Counted from the stretch's first letter, positions 1 to 9,177 are shown. The stretch: DNA of 32,000 nt from Candidatus Thorarchaeota archaeon (GCA_048882505.1 JBHLRO010000027.1:1-32000), one strand, 5' to 3'. Notes: generated from the sequence alone by a model not told the origin. A program made the numbers and translations.

Positions 1-653
1 TTTTTCATGACTTCAACGTGTGCAGGTGGTTCACTGAAGGTACGATCTTTCGCAGTCTCATAGCTAATGAATGTCTGAAGCTCTTTCTGATCCCCATAGG
101 AGTACTGATCAAAAGGGGTCATTTCACCGCTCGGAGTAAGTACATAAAAAGTAGATCTAGCTTCCTCTTCAGCATCTAAGGCCTTAACTACTTCAACTGA
201 TGCCTTTTCTGTTTCTTCACCGAAAATACTTTTCGATCGTTCAGCTAGTGGATGTCCTATACAATGAACGTTAAAGCGTTTATAATAGCCAAAAGGAGCC
301 CGAACAATGGTTAAATTGGGATTCTTTTCCTTTAATCGGGTGGTTAAATGATTAAGAATCGACATAGCATCACTGGGAGGAGCTGGTGAAGATTTTGCTA
401 TATGAACCCAGGGATACAGAATAACACGAGATTCTCCAATGTCTGTAAGGGCTTGCCGAATTTCGAAGCTCGCATTGGTAACCACGGGATCAGCATTACG
501 GGGGTCAGTGATTTCAACCGCAATGAATACTACTAAAACAGATTCATCAGTACGATACTCTTTTGATTCTGCGGTTAAAGGTTCGGCATTCACGATAGCC
601 TTGTCGTTTGCCTTCCAATCAAAACCCTGGGAGTGAATGAGTAATAATTGCAT
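1..653 (-). CDS. thrS: Threonyl-tRNA synthetase, archaeal type; N-terminal editing domain, 3' end runs off the window
   Basis: Not in the ORF track (no stop in window). My translation from ATG 653: MQLLLIHSQGFDW...VLVVFIAVE...ILYPWVH...RAPFGYYKRFNVHCIGHPLAERSKSI, matching the archaeal ThrRS editing-domain motifs (YPxxH, APFGYYK, CxGHPLAE). Confidence 0.95.
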   Translation of the reverse strand, partial: MQLLLIHSQGFDWKANDKAIVNAEPLTAESKEYRTDESVLVVFIAVEITDPRNADPVVTNASFEIRQALTDIGESRVILYPWVHIAKSSPAPPSDAMSILNHLTTRLKEKNPNLTIVRAPFGYYKRFNVHCIGHPLAERSKSIFGEETEKASVEVVKALDAEEEARSTFYVLTPSGEMTPFDQYSYGDQKELQTFISYETAKDRTFSEPPAHVEVMK

Positions 654-746
654 TCTAATCACACAGAAGGGGTATTGCATCCCTGATAGGGTAGTACGCT
701 CAATTATGTGGAAAAAACTGTGGAAGACAAGTATCTTACTTTTTTC

Positions 747-1349
747 TCAAAGAAAGTTTTCAACAAAAAAATTTACTGAGGAATCAGGAATACCTAGGCC
801 TGTGAATGTAGACCATGCCTGGATCCGATCATACCCCTCTGAAATGGTACGTTCCTTCATAAATTCATAATATTCGTGTGGAAACACGACCCATTCTGTC
901 GCTTCTTCAACAAAATATTCAGGGGTGATCTTTGACCAGGGTTTTACAATTAAAGTTGCCACTCGGATCTCTTTAGGTCGTTTAAGGTTGAGGTATTCCA
1001 GAGCGCATCTAATACTTTCTCCACTGTCAGCTAAATCGTCAACTAAGAGAATAAATCGATCATATATGTCGACTCCCACATCTTGGGCTACAACTGGGCT
1101 TGCATGTGTTTCAGCGATACCTGTATAGAACTTCACCTGCATGGTTGAGAGAGCCTGGAGAGTTTGTTTATCCCCCTTAAGGGGCCCATCTGCCTCAAAC
1201 ATATCACTCAATAGCCTAGCGGGGATCGTACCTCCTCTACTAATCCCCACTATGATGTCAGGTCTGTATGCATCGTTCTTGATCAGAGAAAATAGCATTC
1301 GGGCGAGCTCATCGATTTCTCGCCAGGTAAGCACACGGAAATTAATCAT
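747..1349 (-). CDS. Type I phosphoribosyltransferase (purine PRTase-like)
   Basis: IIVGISRGG and PRPP-binding LLVDDLADSGES motifs; C-terminal WVVFPHE. Start placed at ATG 1349 (MINF) rather than the track's 1370. Confidence 0.9.
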   Translation of the reverse strand: MINFRVLTWREIDELARMLFSLIKNDAYRPDIIVGISRGGTIPARLLSDMFEADGPLKGDKQTLQALSTMQVKFYTGIAETHASPVVAQDVGVDIYDRFILLVDDLADSGESIRCALEYLNLKRPKEIRVATLIVKPWSKITPEYFVEEATEWVVFPHEYYEFMKERTISEGYDRIQAWSTFTGLGIPDSSVNFFVENFL

Positions 1350-1472
1350 TGTGACAAACCTTCTCAGCACACTGGGAGTGCGCGATGGAGAGATAACTAA
1401 AAAAAGGATTTGTATGGTCAGTAAAATCGGCGGGTCATCTCAATCGCGCAATCTGAACAAACACTCCTAGAA

Positions 1473-2018
1473 TTGGTTAATTCCAGCCATGTTCTAATCT
1501 TTTCGGGTTCCCTCCTTACAAAGGCCCACGAACCCGCAACCATCGGAGCGTTGCTGACCCATGTTACAGCGCATCATGATATTAGGGCAGCGCAGTTATT
1601 CGATAATCGTTTTATCTGGGGGAAAAGACATCTCTACTCCGCTGTTTGGCATGCGTATCAAGCGGCGACCCATGATCAAATGATATCAAAGACCCTTTCA
1701 ATGGAGATGCTCCTCTACGCTGCAGGGCAACGGCAAATTCAAAAAGCCATTGAAATTCTTGGTATAGGATCAACAACACGTAATATAGCGGGAGTAATCC
1801 TAGGTGATAATTTAATCCCAATGCACGAAGCTTACGCCTATTTACGGGATGCTTTAGATATGCAAGAAGACATAAGTCTGTTGAACAAATATAACCTAAA
1901 GAGAGAGTTCGTTCTGGCTAATTTGTTGGAATTGGAAATAGAACAACCTGAGATGACTGATCTTGATATTGAAAAAGCGGTTTTGCAACGAGTGGGGATG
2001 CTAGCTTTAGAACGTTAA
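1473..2018 (+). CDS. cgi121: KEOPS complex subunit Cgi121
   Basis: QLFD..FIWGKRHLYSAV.HA and SKTLSMEMLLYAAGQRQIQKAIEILG motifs typical of Cgi121. Confidence 0.9.
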   Translation: MVNSSHVLIFSGSLLTKAHEPATIGALLTHVTAHHDIRAAQLFDNRFIWGKRHLYSAVWHAYQAATHDQMISKTLSMEMLLYAAGQRQIQKAIEILGIGSTTRNIAGVILGDNLIPMHEAYAYLRDALDMQEDISLLNKYNLKREFVLANLLELEIEQPEMTDLDIEKAVLQRVGMLALER

Positions 2019-2041
2019 CAGCGCCATTGTAACAACTAATT

Positions 2042-2557
2042 CTAATAATGTACCATTTTCAGCTCGTAATTCGGCCCCATTACACTCAATCCAGTTAGAT
2101 CCCGAATGATTTCAACTCGAATTTCGCATTCTGGATCTTTTAAGTCCACTACGCCTAAATCGATGTGTACCGCTATTGCTTCGATTACTTGAACAGATCT
2201 AAGCATTGTTTGCCGTTTTCGGATGTTTACTTTCCAATGGGTGTCAGCGTTGATACGAAGTTCCGCTAGACGTGTTGCGTTCTCAACAATTCGGTTCAAA
2301 TCCGTTTTGAACAACATTTCCAATGGTGTAACTTTTAGACAGGCAACGAGGGGACCTTTTTCTTCTATATAATCCCGAACCTCGTCTATGATCTCAAAGG
2401 GATGCACCGCTTCCTCAGTTACACGCAGAAGTGAAAGACCTGGTACTCGGGCACGTAAGGGACGAGCTTGATACCCTAAGACGTCTACAATAACGTAATA
2501 AAACTCTGATAGTGCGTCTCGCTCCTGGGCACGTCGAGAACTGATAAGAAAGCTCAT
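2042..2557 (-). CDS. Stand-alone THUMP-domain RNA-binding protein
   Basis: WKVNIRKRQ...VIEAIA..IDLGVVDLKDPECEIRVEII is the THUMP signature; 171 aa with no catalytic domain. Confidence 0.85.
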   Translation of the reverse strand: MSFLISSRRAQERDALSEFYYVIVDVLGYQARPLRARVPGLSLLRVTEEAVHPFEIIDEVRDYIEEKGPLVACLKVTPLEMLFKTDLNRIVENATRLAELRINADTHWKVNIRKRQTMLRSVQVIEAIAVHIDLGVVDLKDPECEIRVEIIRDLTGLSVMGPNYELKMVHY

Positions 2558-2573
2558 ATGATTGGCCGATCTG

Positions 2574-2753
2574 TTATTCTTCGCTTTGGAGTATCCAAGA
2601 TGACGAGATTAGGTCGGTTGACCCGCATTTTGGGCAACTCGGTTTGGTAATGTATATACCATCTTCGTCTTGTTCAGTTATAAACTCAGCCTTCTGAAAA
2701 CGGTTATTGCACTCTTTGTTTTGACATATGTAAACATCTGGCTTTTCTACCAT
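2574..2753 (-). CDS. Small Zn-ribbon protein (59 aa)
   Basis: CQNKEC ... CPKCGS cysteine pairs; start taken at ATG 2753 (MVEKPD), which avoids overlap with the GTPase gene. Confidence 0.7.
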   Translation of the reverse strand: MVEKPDVYICQNKECNNRFQKAEFITEQDEDGIYITKPSCPKCGSTDLISSSWILQSEE

Positions 2754-2796
2754 GATATGGATCAACTCGATGACTCTATTAGGTTGTTTACACGTA

Positions 2797-3501
2797 TTAA
2801 ATTTCCCTATGTCCAAACTCTAAGATTTCTAGGATATGATCAGTTCCCCGAGTCAGAAAAAATTGATTGGTATCCCAATCAGCCGACAGCAATCGTCTCC
2901 AAGAAGCAAACTGCAGCTGAGACAGGACTTTATCTTCAGCTTGGCCAACATATTGCGCGATTTCTCTAAGCTGGCCACTTTGAGATTTCTTAACAGCCAA
3001 TAAAATGCCATAGTATTGCTTGATAGCTTGGAGGAGGATAAGTCCTAACGCCCGTTCAATCTGGTCTCCCGTTTTGGCGGAGGTACCAAGCCATTGGATT
3101 CGATCCTTCTTATCCCCAAGAACAGCTGCGGCCACTTCCTCAGGGGTCTTTGCGCCTTTGATATCCTGTTTGTTCGCGCAAACGACAATGGGAACGTCAG
3201 GTAAAATCTCCTCTACTTCTTCTAAAAGGTTTTTCGCCTCATCAAATGATGCCACATTCACCGAATCCACTACGAAGAGAATTCCATCCGCACCCTTGCT
3301 CAAAATTTTGCGAATTACCTCAAAGCGCTGAAGTCCGGGGGTACCAAAAAGAAAAACTTCCACTCCGTAAATCTGAGTCTTACAATGATCCAACGCGACT
3401 GTGGTTCCTCCGTAGTCGATAGATATGGAGTTGGAGCCACAAATATTTTGAACTGTTGTTGATTTACCTGAATTATAAGGACCTAATAAAACGATCTTCA
3501 T
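2797..3501 (-). CDS. Small Ras-fold GTPase (MglA/CvnD-like GTPG type) with a C-terminal helical, wHTH-like extension
   Basis: G1 GPYNSGKST, G2 region TTVALD, G3 FGTPGL, G4 NKQD, G5 SAK; ~70 aa C-terminal extension. Start at ATG 3501 (MKIVLLG). Confidence 0.88.
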   Translation of the reverse strand: MKIVLLGPYNSGKSTTVQNICGSNSISIDYGGTTVALDHCKTQIYGVEVFLFGTPGLQRFEVIRKILSKGADGILFVVDSVNVASFDEAKNLLEEVEEILPDVPIVVCANKQDIKGAKTPEEVAAAVLGDKKDRIQWLGTSAKTGDQIERALGLILLQAIKQYYGILLAVKKSQSGQLREIAQYVGQAEDKVLSQLQFASWRRLLSADWDTNQFFLTRGTDHILEILEFGHREI

Positions 3502-3770
3502 TTTGAACAGATCTCGTTTAAGTAGGAATGATATCAAAGGAAAAGAGAAATCTGCACAAGGAAAGGACGCCTACACGGGGACATTGGCTTTTGCGCTGCG
3601 CCTAGCTTCGTTGGGGAGTTTAAAAACATTTGGCATTAACTTATCAACGGCTAATGGTTCGCGGTCAAATAAAGGATTCTATTCGATTTGGAACATTTCT
3701 CTGGGAATAATCCATGTATTAGGAAAAATCCCTGATCCAACAAGGACAAACAAATAAAAACTTCTCCCTG

Positions 3771-4244
3771 ATGGGCTCTTTCAAAATAAACATGATTTGG
3801 AGTTCGGACTGGTTGGCCTTCAAACCTATCTATCGCACCATTTGGCAACCTCGGGAGGTACGAACCTTGGTGTTCAGTATTTTATTGATCACAATGGCAG
3901 TGTTGCTGGAGTTGATATTTATCTTCTTCGCCGTAGAGTTGCAGGCTTCTTGGCTCTCCTTTCTTTACATAGAAATTGACCTCCCAATTGGAATCATTAA
4001 ACCTTTTGAGATGTTTTTGCACTTAATCCTCTGGGGGATTATGTTTTTTTGTTCATTCCTTGCATATTCCGTCATTCGAGAGTATACGAATGCTCGTGTG
4101 AATCTAATTGAGATTTTGGTAATTGGGGGTTTTTTTGTCGTACTCGGATGGCTTATCTTTGAACTAGTGTTTGGGCTTTTGTTAGCAGGCGTAATAGCCC
4201 TTATCCTAGGGTACATGTATTTATCATTAGCAGAAACAACCTGA
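3771..4244 (+). CDS. Hypothetical membrane protein (about 4 TM)
   Basis: 157-aa ORF with about four long hydrophobic segments; no family recognised. Confidence 0.65.
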   Translation: MGSFKINMIWSSDWLAFKPIYRTIWQPREVRTLVFSILLITMAVLLELIFIFFAVELQASWLSFLYIEIDLPIGIIKPFEMFLHLILWGIMFFCSFLAYSVIREYTNARVNLIEILVIGGFFVVLGWLIFELVFGLLLAGVIALILGYMYLSLAETT

Positions 4245-4273
4245 TAGGCAAAGATCTGGCTATTCTCTCCAAT

Positions 4274-4720
4274 TTACGGAATTTGGTGGTCATTAGATGG
4301 ATTTCCCTCCGAGTGATCAATTGGTAATCCAGCCATTTTGATTAAGAGAAAAGTCAGGAAGGCTAACACAAGGTCAAGCATGCCAAAAATTAGGAATGCA
4401 ACAGCCATAAACGGATACAAAGTCGAATTGTAAATCAAAATCAGCTGAAGGCTTATTCGTAAGAATATAGACACTAAGGGAATGATCATGTATGTTTCTG
4501 GATCTCTTGCCGAGTAACAAAGAAGGATCCCAAAACAGATGGCAAGCAATCCTGCAACTTGGGGAAAAATGAAGTAGTTAATGGGATTTTTTAACAAATC
4601 AGAGAGGGAGAGGAGCGTTTCAATAAGAAATACTAAAATCACCCCAAATACAATCTCATAAACCCCATTTAGAACCAGTAGGTATTTTAGTAACAAGATC
4701 CAACGATTTTCCATTGTCAT
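4274..4720 (-). CDS. Hypothetical membrane protein (about 4 TM)
   Basis: Four hydrophobic segments; strong RBS AAGGAGGTGA at 4727-4736. Confidence 0.7.
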   Translation of the reverse strand: MTMENRWILLLKYLLVLNGVYEIVFGVILVFLIETLLSLSDLLKNPINYFIFPQVAGLLAICFGILLCYSARDPETYMIIPLVSIFLRISLQLILIYNSTLYPFMAVAFLIFGMLDLVLAFLTFLLIKMAGLPIDHSEGNPSNDHQIP

Positions 4721-4726
4721 AGATCC

Positions 4727-4736
4727 TCACCTCCTT
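4727..4736 (-). promoter_or_regulatory. Ribosome-binding site AAGGAGGTGA
   Basis: Anti-SD complement 6 nt upstream of ATG 4720. Confidence 0.7.
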
Positions 4737-4784
4737 AAGATATTGAATGATCCTTTTTGCGACAGCTGATCCGCCTGATTCGTC

Positions 4785-6401
4785 TCATTTCTGGGTATTT
4801 TGTTTCAATAGGGCTCGAAGAATCTTCCCATCTTCCGCCATGGGAATACTTGCTCTAATTTCAATTATTCGGGGCTTTTTATATGAAGCAATTTTCCCCT
4901 CACACCAGTCTTGAATCTCGGTTTCAAATTTTCTCCGATCGATATCGGGCTGATATTCTATGGGTTCGATAAATGCCTTGACAACCTGTCCCCAAACAGG
5001 ATGGGGTACGCCAATGACGACCGCATTTTTTACATGTGGGTGCTTACGCAGGACATCCTCTACTTCCATTGGGTAGACCTTTTCCGCCCCAGTAATGATT
5101 AGTTCGTCTCGTCTGTCAACATAGTAGTAGTTTCCCTCTTCATCAATAGTGAATAGATCACCGGTACGATACCATGATCCGTCAAAGGCCTGGGATGTTT
5201 TTTTTTCATCATGATAACGGTGCATAAGGGAGGGGGATCGATAGATGGCTTCTCCAACTTCACCAGGGGCGATGTCATCTCCCTTTTCATTCACAATCCG
5301 CATTTCCACTCCACTAATGGGTTTACCAATAAATCCCTCTTTTATCTTGGGGATATCATTTTTTGTTAAGAAGGAGTAAACCGCCGCTCCGATGTTTTCC
5401 GTTGATCCATACCCGTCCACTAACACGATTTCAGGAAAACGGGTTAAAATCTCCTTTTTCATTGATGCAGACATTCGTGCGCCACCCGAGGAGAATAGGG
5501 TCACAGACGACAAGTCATAATCGTCCAGCTGGGGAAAGTCTAATAAGAGCCGAAACTGCGTAGGTACCATGAAGACGGTCGTAATTCGCTCTGTTTCAAT
5601 GATTCTAGCAACTTCCGCAGGATCAAAACTCAACGACCTAGGAAAGACAACCTGCCTTTTCATGGCTGTCATAATTAAAGCAGGGACAAATCCCGAGAGA
5701 TGGTAAAGCGGAGTGGGAACCAAAAACTTGGGTTCATGATTAGTAGGGAGCATCGCAACTTCAGGAATTTTTCCTTCAATGATCAGTTCGAGACCATGTT
5801 CTGGAATCAGGTTGCATGCGTCCAACAATGCACGATGGGTGAAATCGACTGCCTTGGGTTGACCTGTAGTTCCCGATGTATATAGCTGAACTCCTAGATC
5901 CGTTGACGAGACCGATATGTTAGGAAACGATGTTGAGGCATTTTGCAACAGATCAGCCCATATGAGTATGTCCTGATTGCTAATTGGCACCTCATCCACG
6001 ATAATACAAGGAAAACGATTCTTTTCCTTTGTTAATGCTTCTACGATATGATGACAGAAATGGGAGCTTGTTACGCATCCTTGCGGGCAACTTTTCCTAA
6101 AGATGTCAGTGAGTTCTGAGTGAATAAATCGGGTACTTATCGGTGTTGGAACCATACCTGCACGTTGAGATCCATAAAACGCAATTAACCATTCCGGTCG
6201 ATTCTCTAGCAGGATTAGGATATTCTTTCCTCGTCCTTTAGGAAAAAGATGAAGAAACATGTTGGCTACTTTTGATATTTCACGATCAAGTGAGGCCCAC
6301 GTCAAATGAGACTTACCATACGTGACTGCAAGTTGATCAGCGTAATCACGGCCATTTATCGCGAGGAGGTCACTAAAAATCCTGGGAAAATCCTCCATCA
6401 T
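4785..6401 (-). CDS. AMP-forming acyl-CoA synthetase (long-chain fatty acid-CoA ligase family)
   Basis: YTSGTTGQPK P-loop, GYGSTE, WYRTGDL, GAEKVYPMEVE and C-terminal GKI motifs of the ANL superfamily. Confidence 0.93.
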   Translation of the reverse strand: MMEDFPRIFSDLLAINGRDYADQLAVTYGKSHLTWASLDREISKVANMFLHLFPKGRGKNILILLENRPEWLIAFYGSQRAGMVPTPISTRFIHSELTDIFRKSCPQGCVTSSHFCHHIVEALTKEKNRFPCIIVDEVPISNQDILIWADLLQNASTSFPNISVSSTDLGVQLYTSGTTGQPKAVDFTHRALLDACNLIPEHGLELIIEGKIPEVAMLPTNHEPKFLVPTPLYHLSGFVPALIMTAMKRQVVFPRSLSFDPAEVARIIETERITTVFMVPTQFRLLLDFPQLDDYDLSSVTLFSSGGARMSASMKKEILTRFPEIVLVDGYGSTENIGAAVYSFLTKNDIPKIKEGFIGKPISGVEMRIVNEKGDDIAPGEVGEAIYRSPSLMHRYHDEKKTSQAFDGSWYRTGDLFTIDEEGNYYYVDRRDELIITGAEKVYPMEVEDVLRKHPHVKNAVVIGVPHPVWGQVVKAFIEPIEYQPDIDRRKFETEIQDWCEGKIASYKKPRIIEIRASIPMAEDGKILRALLKQNTQK

Positions 6402-6411
6402 GAGAACATCA

Positions 6412-6753
6412 TCATTTCATGAGGGCCTGAAGTTTTAACAAGTCATTCATGGGTCCTTTTGCTTTAATTTTTCCTCCCATAAACGCTCGGGTCGGACTAA
6501 TCTCGCCTGCCATCACACCCATGATTGTGTCTGTGGTAGTTGTGATTCCGAGATCGGCATTATCTGCAATCCCTTCTTTAATGGATGCAGTGCCGCCCTG
6601 AAAGACAATGTGGCAATTCGCGTCTTCCAAATCTGTAAAGCTAAATTGGAGTGTCTTATTGAAATCGACAAATCGTGATTGATACTTCGGATCGTCCATC
6701 TTCGAGGTCATTTTTGCTAGAGAATCCATAACTTCTTGCTTGGGTGCTGGCAT
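6412..6753 (-). CDS. SCP2 sterol/lipid-binding domain protein
   Basis: ADL.ITTT.DT...VMAGEISPTRAFMGGKIKAKG...DLLKL SCP2 signature; RBS AGGTGAT at 6759-6765. Confidence 0.9.
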   Translation of the reverse strand: MPAPKQEVMDSLAKMTSKMDDPKYQSRFVDFNKTLQFSFTDLEDANCHIVFQGGTASIKEGIADNADLGITTTTDTIMGVMAGEISPTRAFMGGKIKAKGPMNDLLKLQALMK

Positions 6754-6758
6754 GTTAT

Positions 6759-6765
6759 ATCACCT
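6759..6765 (-). promoter_or_regulatory. Ribosome-binding site AGGTGAT
   Basis: Archaeal anti-SD complement 5 nt upstream of the SCP2 ATG. Confidence 0.7.
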
Positions 6766-6781
6766 ACTTGTTGTTGATCAG

Positions 6782-7540
6782 TTACTTTCCCTGCCATTCG
6801 GGGTCTCTTTTCTCTATCCACGCGGTAAAACCTTCGATAACATCATCAGAATGGAATAGAGAGTAAAAGGGCTCCCATAACTGCCCAACTTCACGTATAC
6901 CGCGACGCAAATATTCTTTGGTATAGTTTTGGGACAGCGGAGCACAAAGCTTGATCTCCTCACACAATTCGGTCACAGCTTTCTCTAGATCATCGTGAGG
7001 AACCACTTTATTGATAAATCCCATCCGAAACGCCTCCTGGGCATCTATACTTTTCCCTGTGAATGTTAATTCCTTGATGTAACGCATGTTATACTCGTGA
7101 GCTCTTAGTATAGCGAGACCTGACATAAGTCCCCTTCGGTTCTCTCGAAAGGCAAAAATCGCCCTATCAGATGCTACGGCTAGATCGCAAAACAAGGTTA
7201 ACTCAAAACCCCCTGCATAAGCGTGACCGTTTACTGCTGCTATGACGGGCTTGGGGTACCTTTGTAAAAGTTCGATTGGATCTAGAACTATGCCTAAAAA
7301 CTCTCCAAGGCCTTTAAATCCAATTTCACTCATTTCCTTGATATCTAATCCAGCGGAAAAAGCAGTTCCTTCTCCTGTAATTACTAATGCTCGAACAGAG
7401 TAATCATCCCAAGTTGATTCAAGGACATCCATTAATTCACGCCAAGTCTGGCGAGACAAGGCATTACGTACCTCTGGGCGATTGAATGTTATCCAACCAA
7501 TCCCATTCTTTATTTCAAACTTTATACATTCGAAGGTCAT
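6782..7540 (-). CDS. Enoyl-CoA hydratase/isomerase (crotonase family)
   Basis: NRPEVRNAL, AFSAGLDI, AVNGHAYAGGFEL...CD, and both catalytic Glu positions (GGFEL, FRE). Confidence 0.93.
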   Translation of the reverse strand: MTFECIKFEIKNGIGWITFNRPEVRNALSRQTWRELMDVLESTWDDYSVRALVITGEGTAFSAGLDIKEMSEIGFKGLGEFLGIVLDPIELLQRYPKPVIAAVNGHAYAGGFELTLFCDLAVASDRAIFAFRENRRGLMSGLAILRAHEYNMRYIKELTFTGKSIDAQEAFRMGFINKVVPHDDLEKAVTELCEEIKLCAPLSQNYTKEYLRRGIREVGQLWEPFYSLFHSDDVIEGFTAWIEKRDPEWQGK

Positions 7541-7566
7541 TATGATTTATCTCCATTTAACCTAAT

Positions 7567-8805
7567 CTAGGCCAAGTCATCTGGGGACACACCACGAAGA
7601 ACACGAGGCAGCAGGGAAGGATTGGGGCGTTTCCTAAATTCAGTTCGTCCAATAAAAAGTCTTAATATATCATTTCCACCCCCAGTAACTAATGTAAGCA
7701 ATGCATTCTTTAGAATGGAAGCCGCCTGAAATTCTTCGGTATACCCATCGCCTGAAAGAATGAATAGGACATCTTCTGCAATACGTATTAATGCTTCAGT
7801 AGAGAAAATTTTGCAGGCAGCTGCATCAACGCCGAATTGAAACATGTCTGCATCTTCGCTATCCAGTTGCGCAGCCAAAGAATACAGATAGGCACGCGTT
7901 ACCTTTAATCTAATTGATGCATCTGCCATTCTGAGCTGGACGGCCTGCCACCGTGAAACCGCCTGCCCGAACTGAACTCGTCGTCTTCCAAAGGCTCGGG
8001 CTGTTTCGATCAGTTGACGAGCTTGGCCAACTGTTGCAGCAATCCCTAATCGTTCAATATTGAGGCCTGAAGTCATGACTGTCCAGCCATCCCCTTCGAA
8101 TAATATCATGTTGTCTTCTGGCACTAATACATCCCGAAACCGAATGACACTGTTGTACATTTCAACATCCCCCGTAAGATCGTTGATTTTTTCAATGGTA
8201 ATTCCAGGGGAGTCTCGTGGAATGATGAATGCAGTTAGGTGGGAATGGGTGGACCTTGCCTCCTCTGATGGATCCGTCAAAGTATAAACCATTAGGTAAT
8301 CGGCCTTTGCTCCGAGTGTAATAAATCGTTTCCATCCGTTAAGGAGATATTCATTGTCTCCCTGTTTTTCCGCACGAAGTTGGATGTTGGCTGCATCATT
8401 TCCTACATCTGGTTCAGTTACACAAATAGCAGCCCACTTTTCTCCCTTAATCATTGGTACCAGAAATTTTTCTTTCTGTTCAGGGGACCCAAATAAATGA
8501 ACGGGGCTTCCTCCAAAGACCGTCGTAAGTAATGGGTTGATATTTAGAAAACATCTTCCAAATTCTTCATTGAGAATTGTATAGCCAGTGAATCCTTCAT
8601 TTCGTCCTCCATAATCCTCCCCCACTAACATTGCCAGAGGATGGAACCCTTTATCCACTACGAATTTACTTAGATCCCATTGTACTTTCATTGCCTCCCG
8701 ATAATCCATTTTATCCGCTTGGGGCCGTAATTCTGAGTCCACAAATGCTTCCACTTCTGCTGCAAAATGCTTGTTTTTATCAGTCCACCAAGGAAAACCT
8801 TCCAT
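7567..8805 (-). CDS. Acyl-CoA dehydrogenase (IVD/LCAD-type catalytic Glu placement)
   Basis: CVTEPDVGNDA, LNGWKRFIT, GLNIERLGIA, RRVQFGQAV, SGDGY. ATG 8805 preferred because GGTG lies 6 nt upstream; GTG 8814 is the alternative. Confidence 0.93.
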   Translation of the reverse strand: MEGFPWWTDKNKHFAAEVEAFVDSELRPQADKMDYREAMKVQWDLSKFVVDKGFHPLAMLVGEDYGGRNEGFTGYTILNEEFGRCFLNINPLLTTVFGGSPVHLFGSPEQKEKFLVPMIKGEKWAAICVTEPDVGNDAANIQLRAEKQGDNEYLLNGWKRFITLGAKADYLMVYTLTDPSEEARSTHSHLTAFIIPRDSPGITIEKINDLTGDVEMYNSVIRFRDVLVPEDNMILFEGDGWTVMTSGLNIERLGIAATVGQARQLIETARAFGRRRVQFGQAVSRWQAVQLRMADASIRLKVTRAYLYSLAAQLDSEDADMFQFGVDAAACKIFSTEALIRIAEDVLFILSGDGYTEEFQAASILKNALLTLVTGGGNDILRLFIGRTEFRKRPNPSLLPRVLRGVSPDDLA

Positions 8806-8831
8806 TCGATACACCTTTTGTATTCAATTGC

Positions 8832-9095
8832 CTAAAGACCATACCGCAACTTTACATCTCCGAATTTGTTAAGACCATCCACCGTGATTTTTGCCAGCTT
8901 GATTTTTCCTCGGTAATCACTCCAAAGATGCACAAATCCCTCCTGTTGCAGTGCCTGGAGGGTTTCATCAAGTAAGGTATCTGATTCGATACCTAATTTC
9001 TCCATTATATCCTCCCGTTCGCTGTGAAGTGATTGAGAGTATTCAAATTCCCGTACCAGCAAATTTAAAATGGTCTCTTTGAGATCAGCTGACAT
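8832..9095 (-). CDS. Small winged-helix protein (87 aa), first gene of the lipid operon
   Basis: Helical start, LQALQQEGFV helix, then a wing ending ITVDG; RBS GGTGAT at 9100-9105 before ATG 9095. Confidence 0.65.
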   Translation of the reverse strand: MSADLKETILNLLVREFEYSQSLHSEREDIMEKLGIESDTLLDETLQALQQEGFVHLWSDYRGKIKLAKITVDGLNKFGDVKLRYGL

Positions 9096-9163
9096 AGCGA
9101 TCACCGCCTCGTGATTGGAGATAACAAATCAGTCTCGCTTATTAATATTTCTTCAATAGCCAG

Positions 9164-9177
9164 TATATAACTACTTT
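9164..9177 (-). promoter_or_regulatory. Possible TATA box/BRE for the lipid operon
   Basis: Minus-strand AAAGTAG-TTATATA about 70 nt upstream of ATG 9095. Confidence 0.3.

Noticed and set aside
439-870. Plus-strand ORFs 439-636 and 637-870
   Set aside because: Antisense shadows of thrS and the PRTase, with no protein-like motifs.
900-1200. Apparent ~13-aa insertion (EADGPLKGDKQTL) in the PRTase
   Set aside because: It falls in a loop that is commonly variable in type I PRTases; no evidence of an intein or special function.
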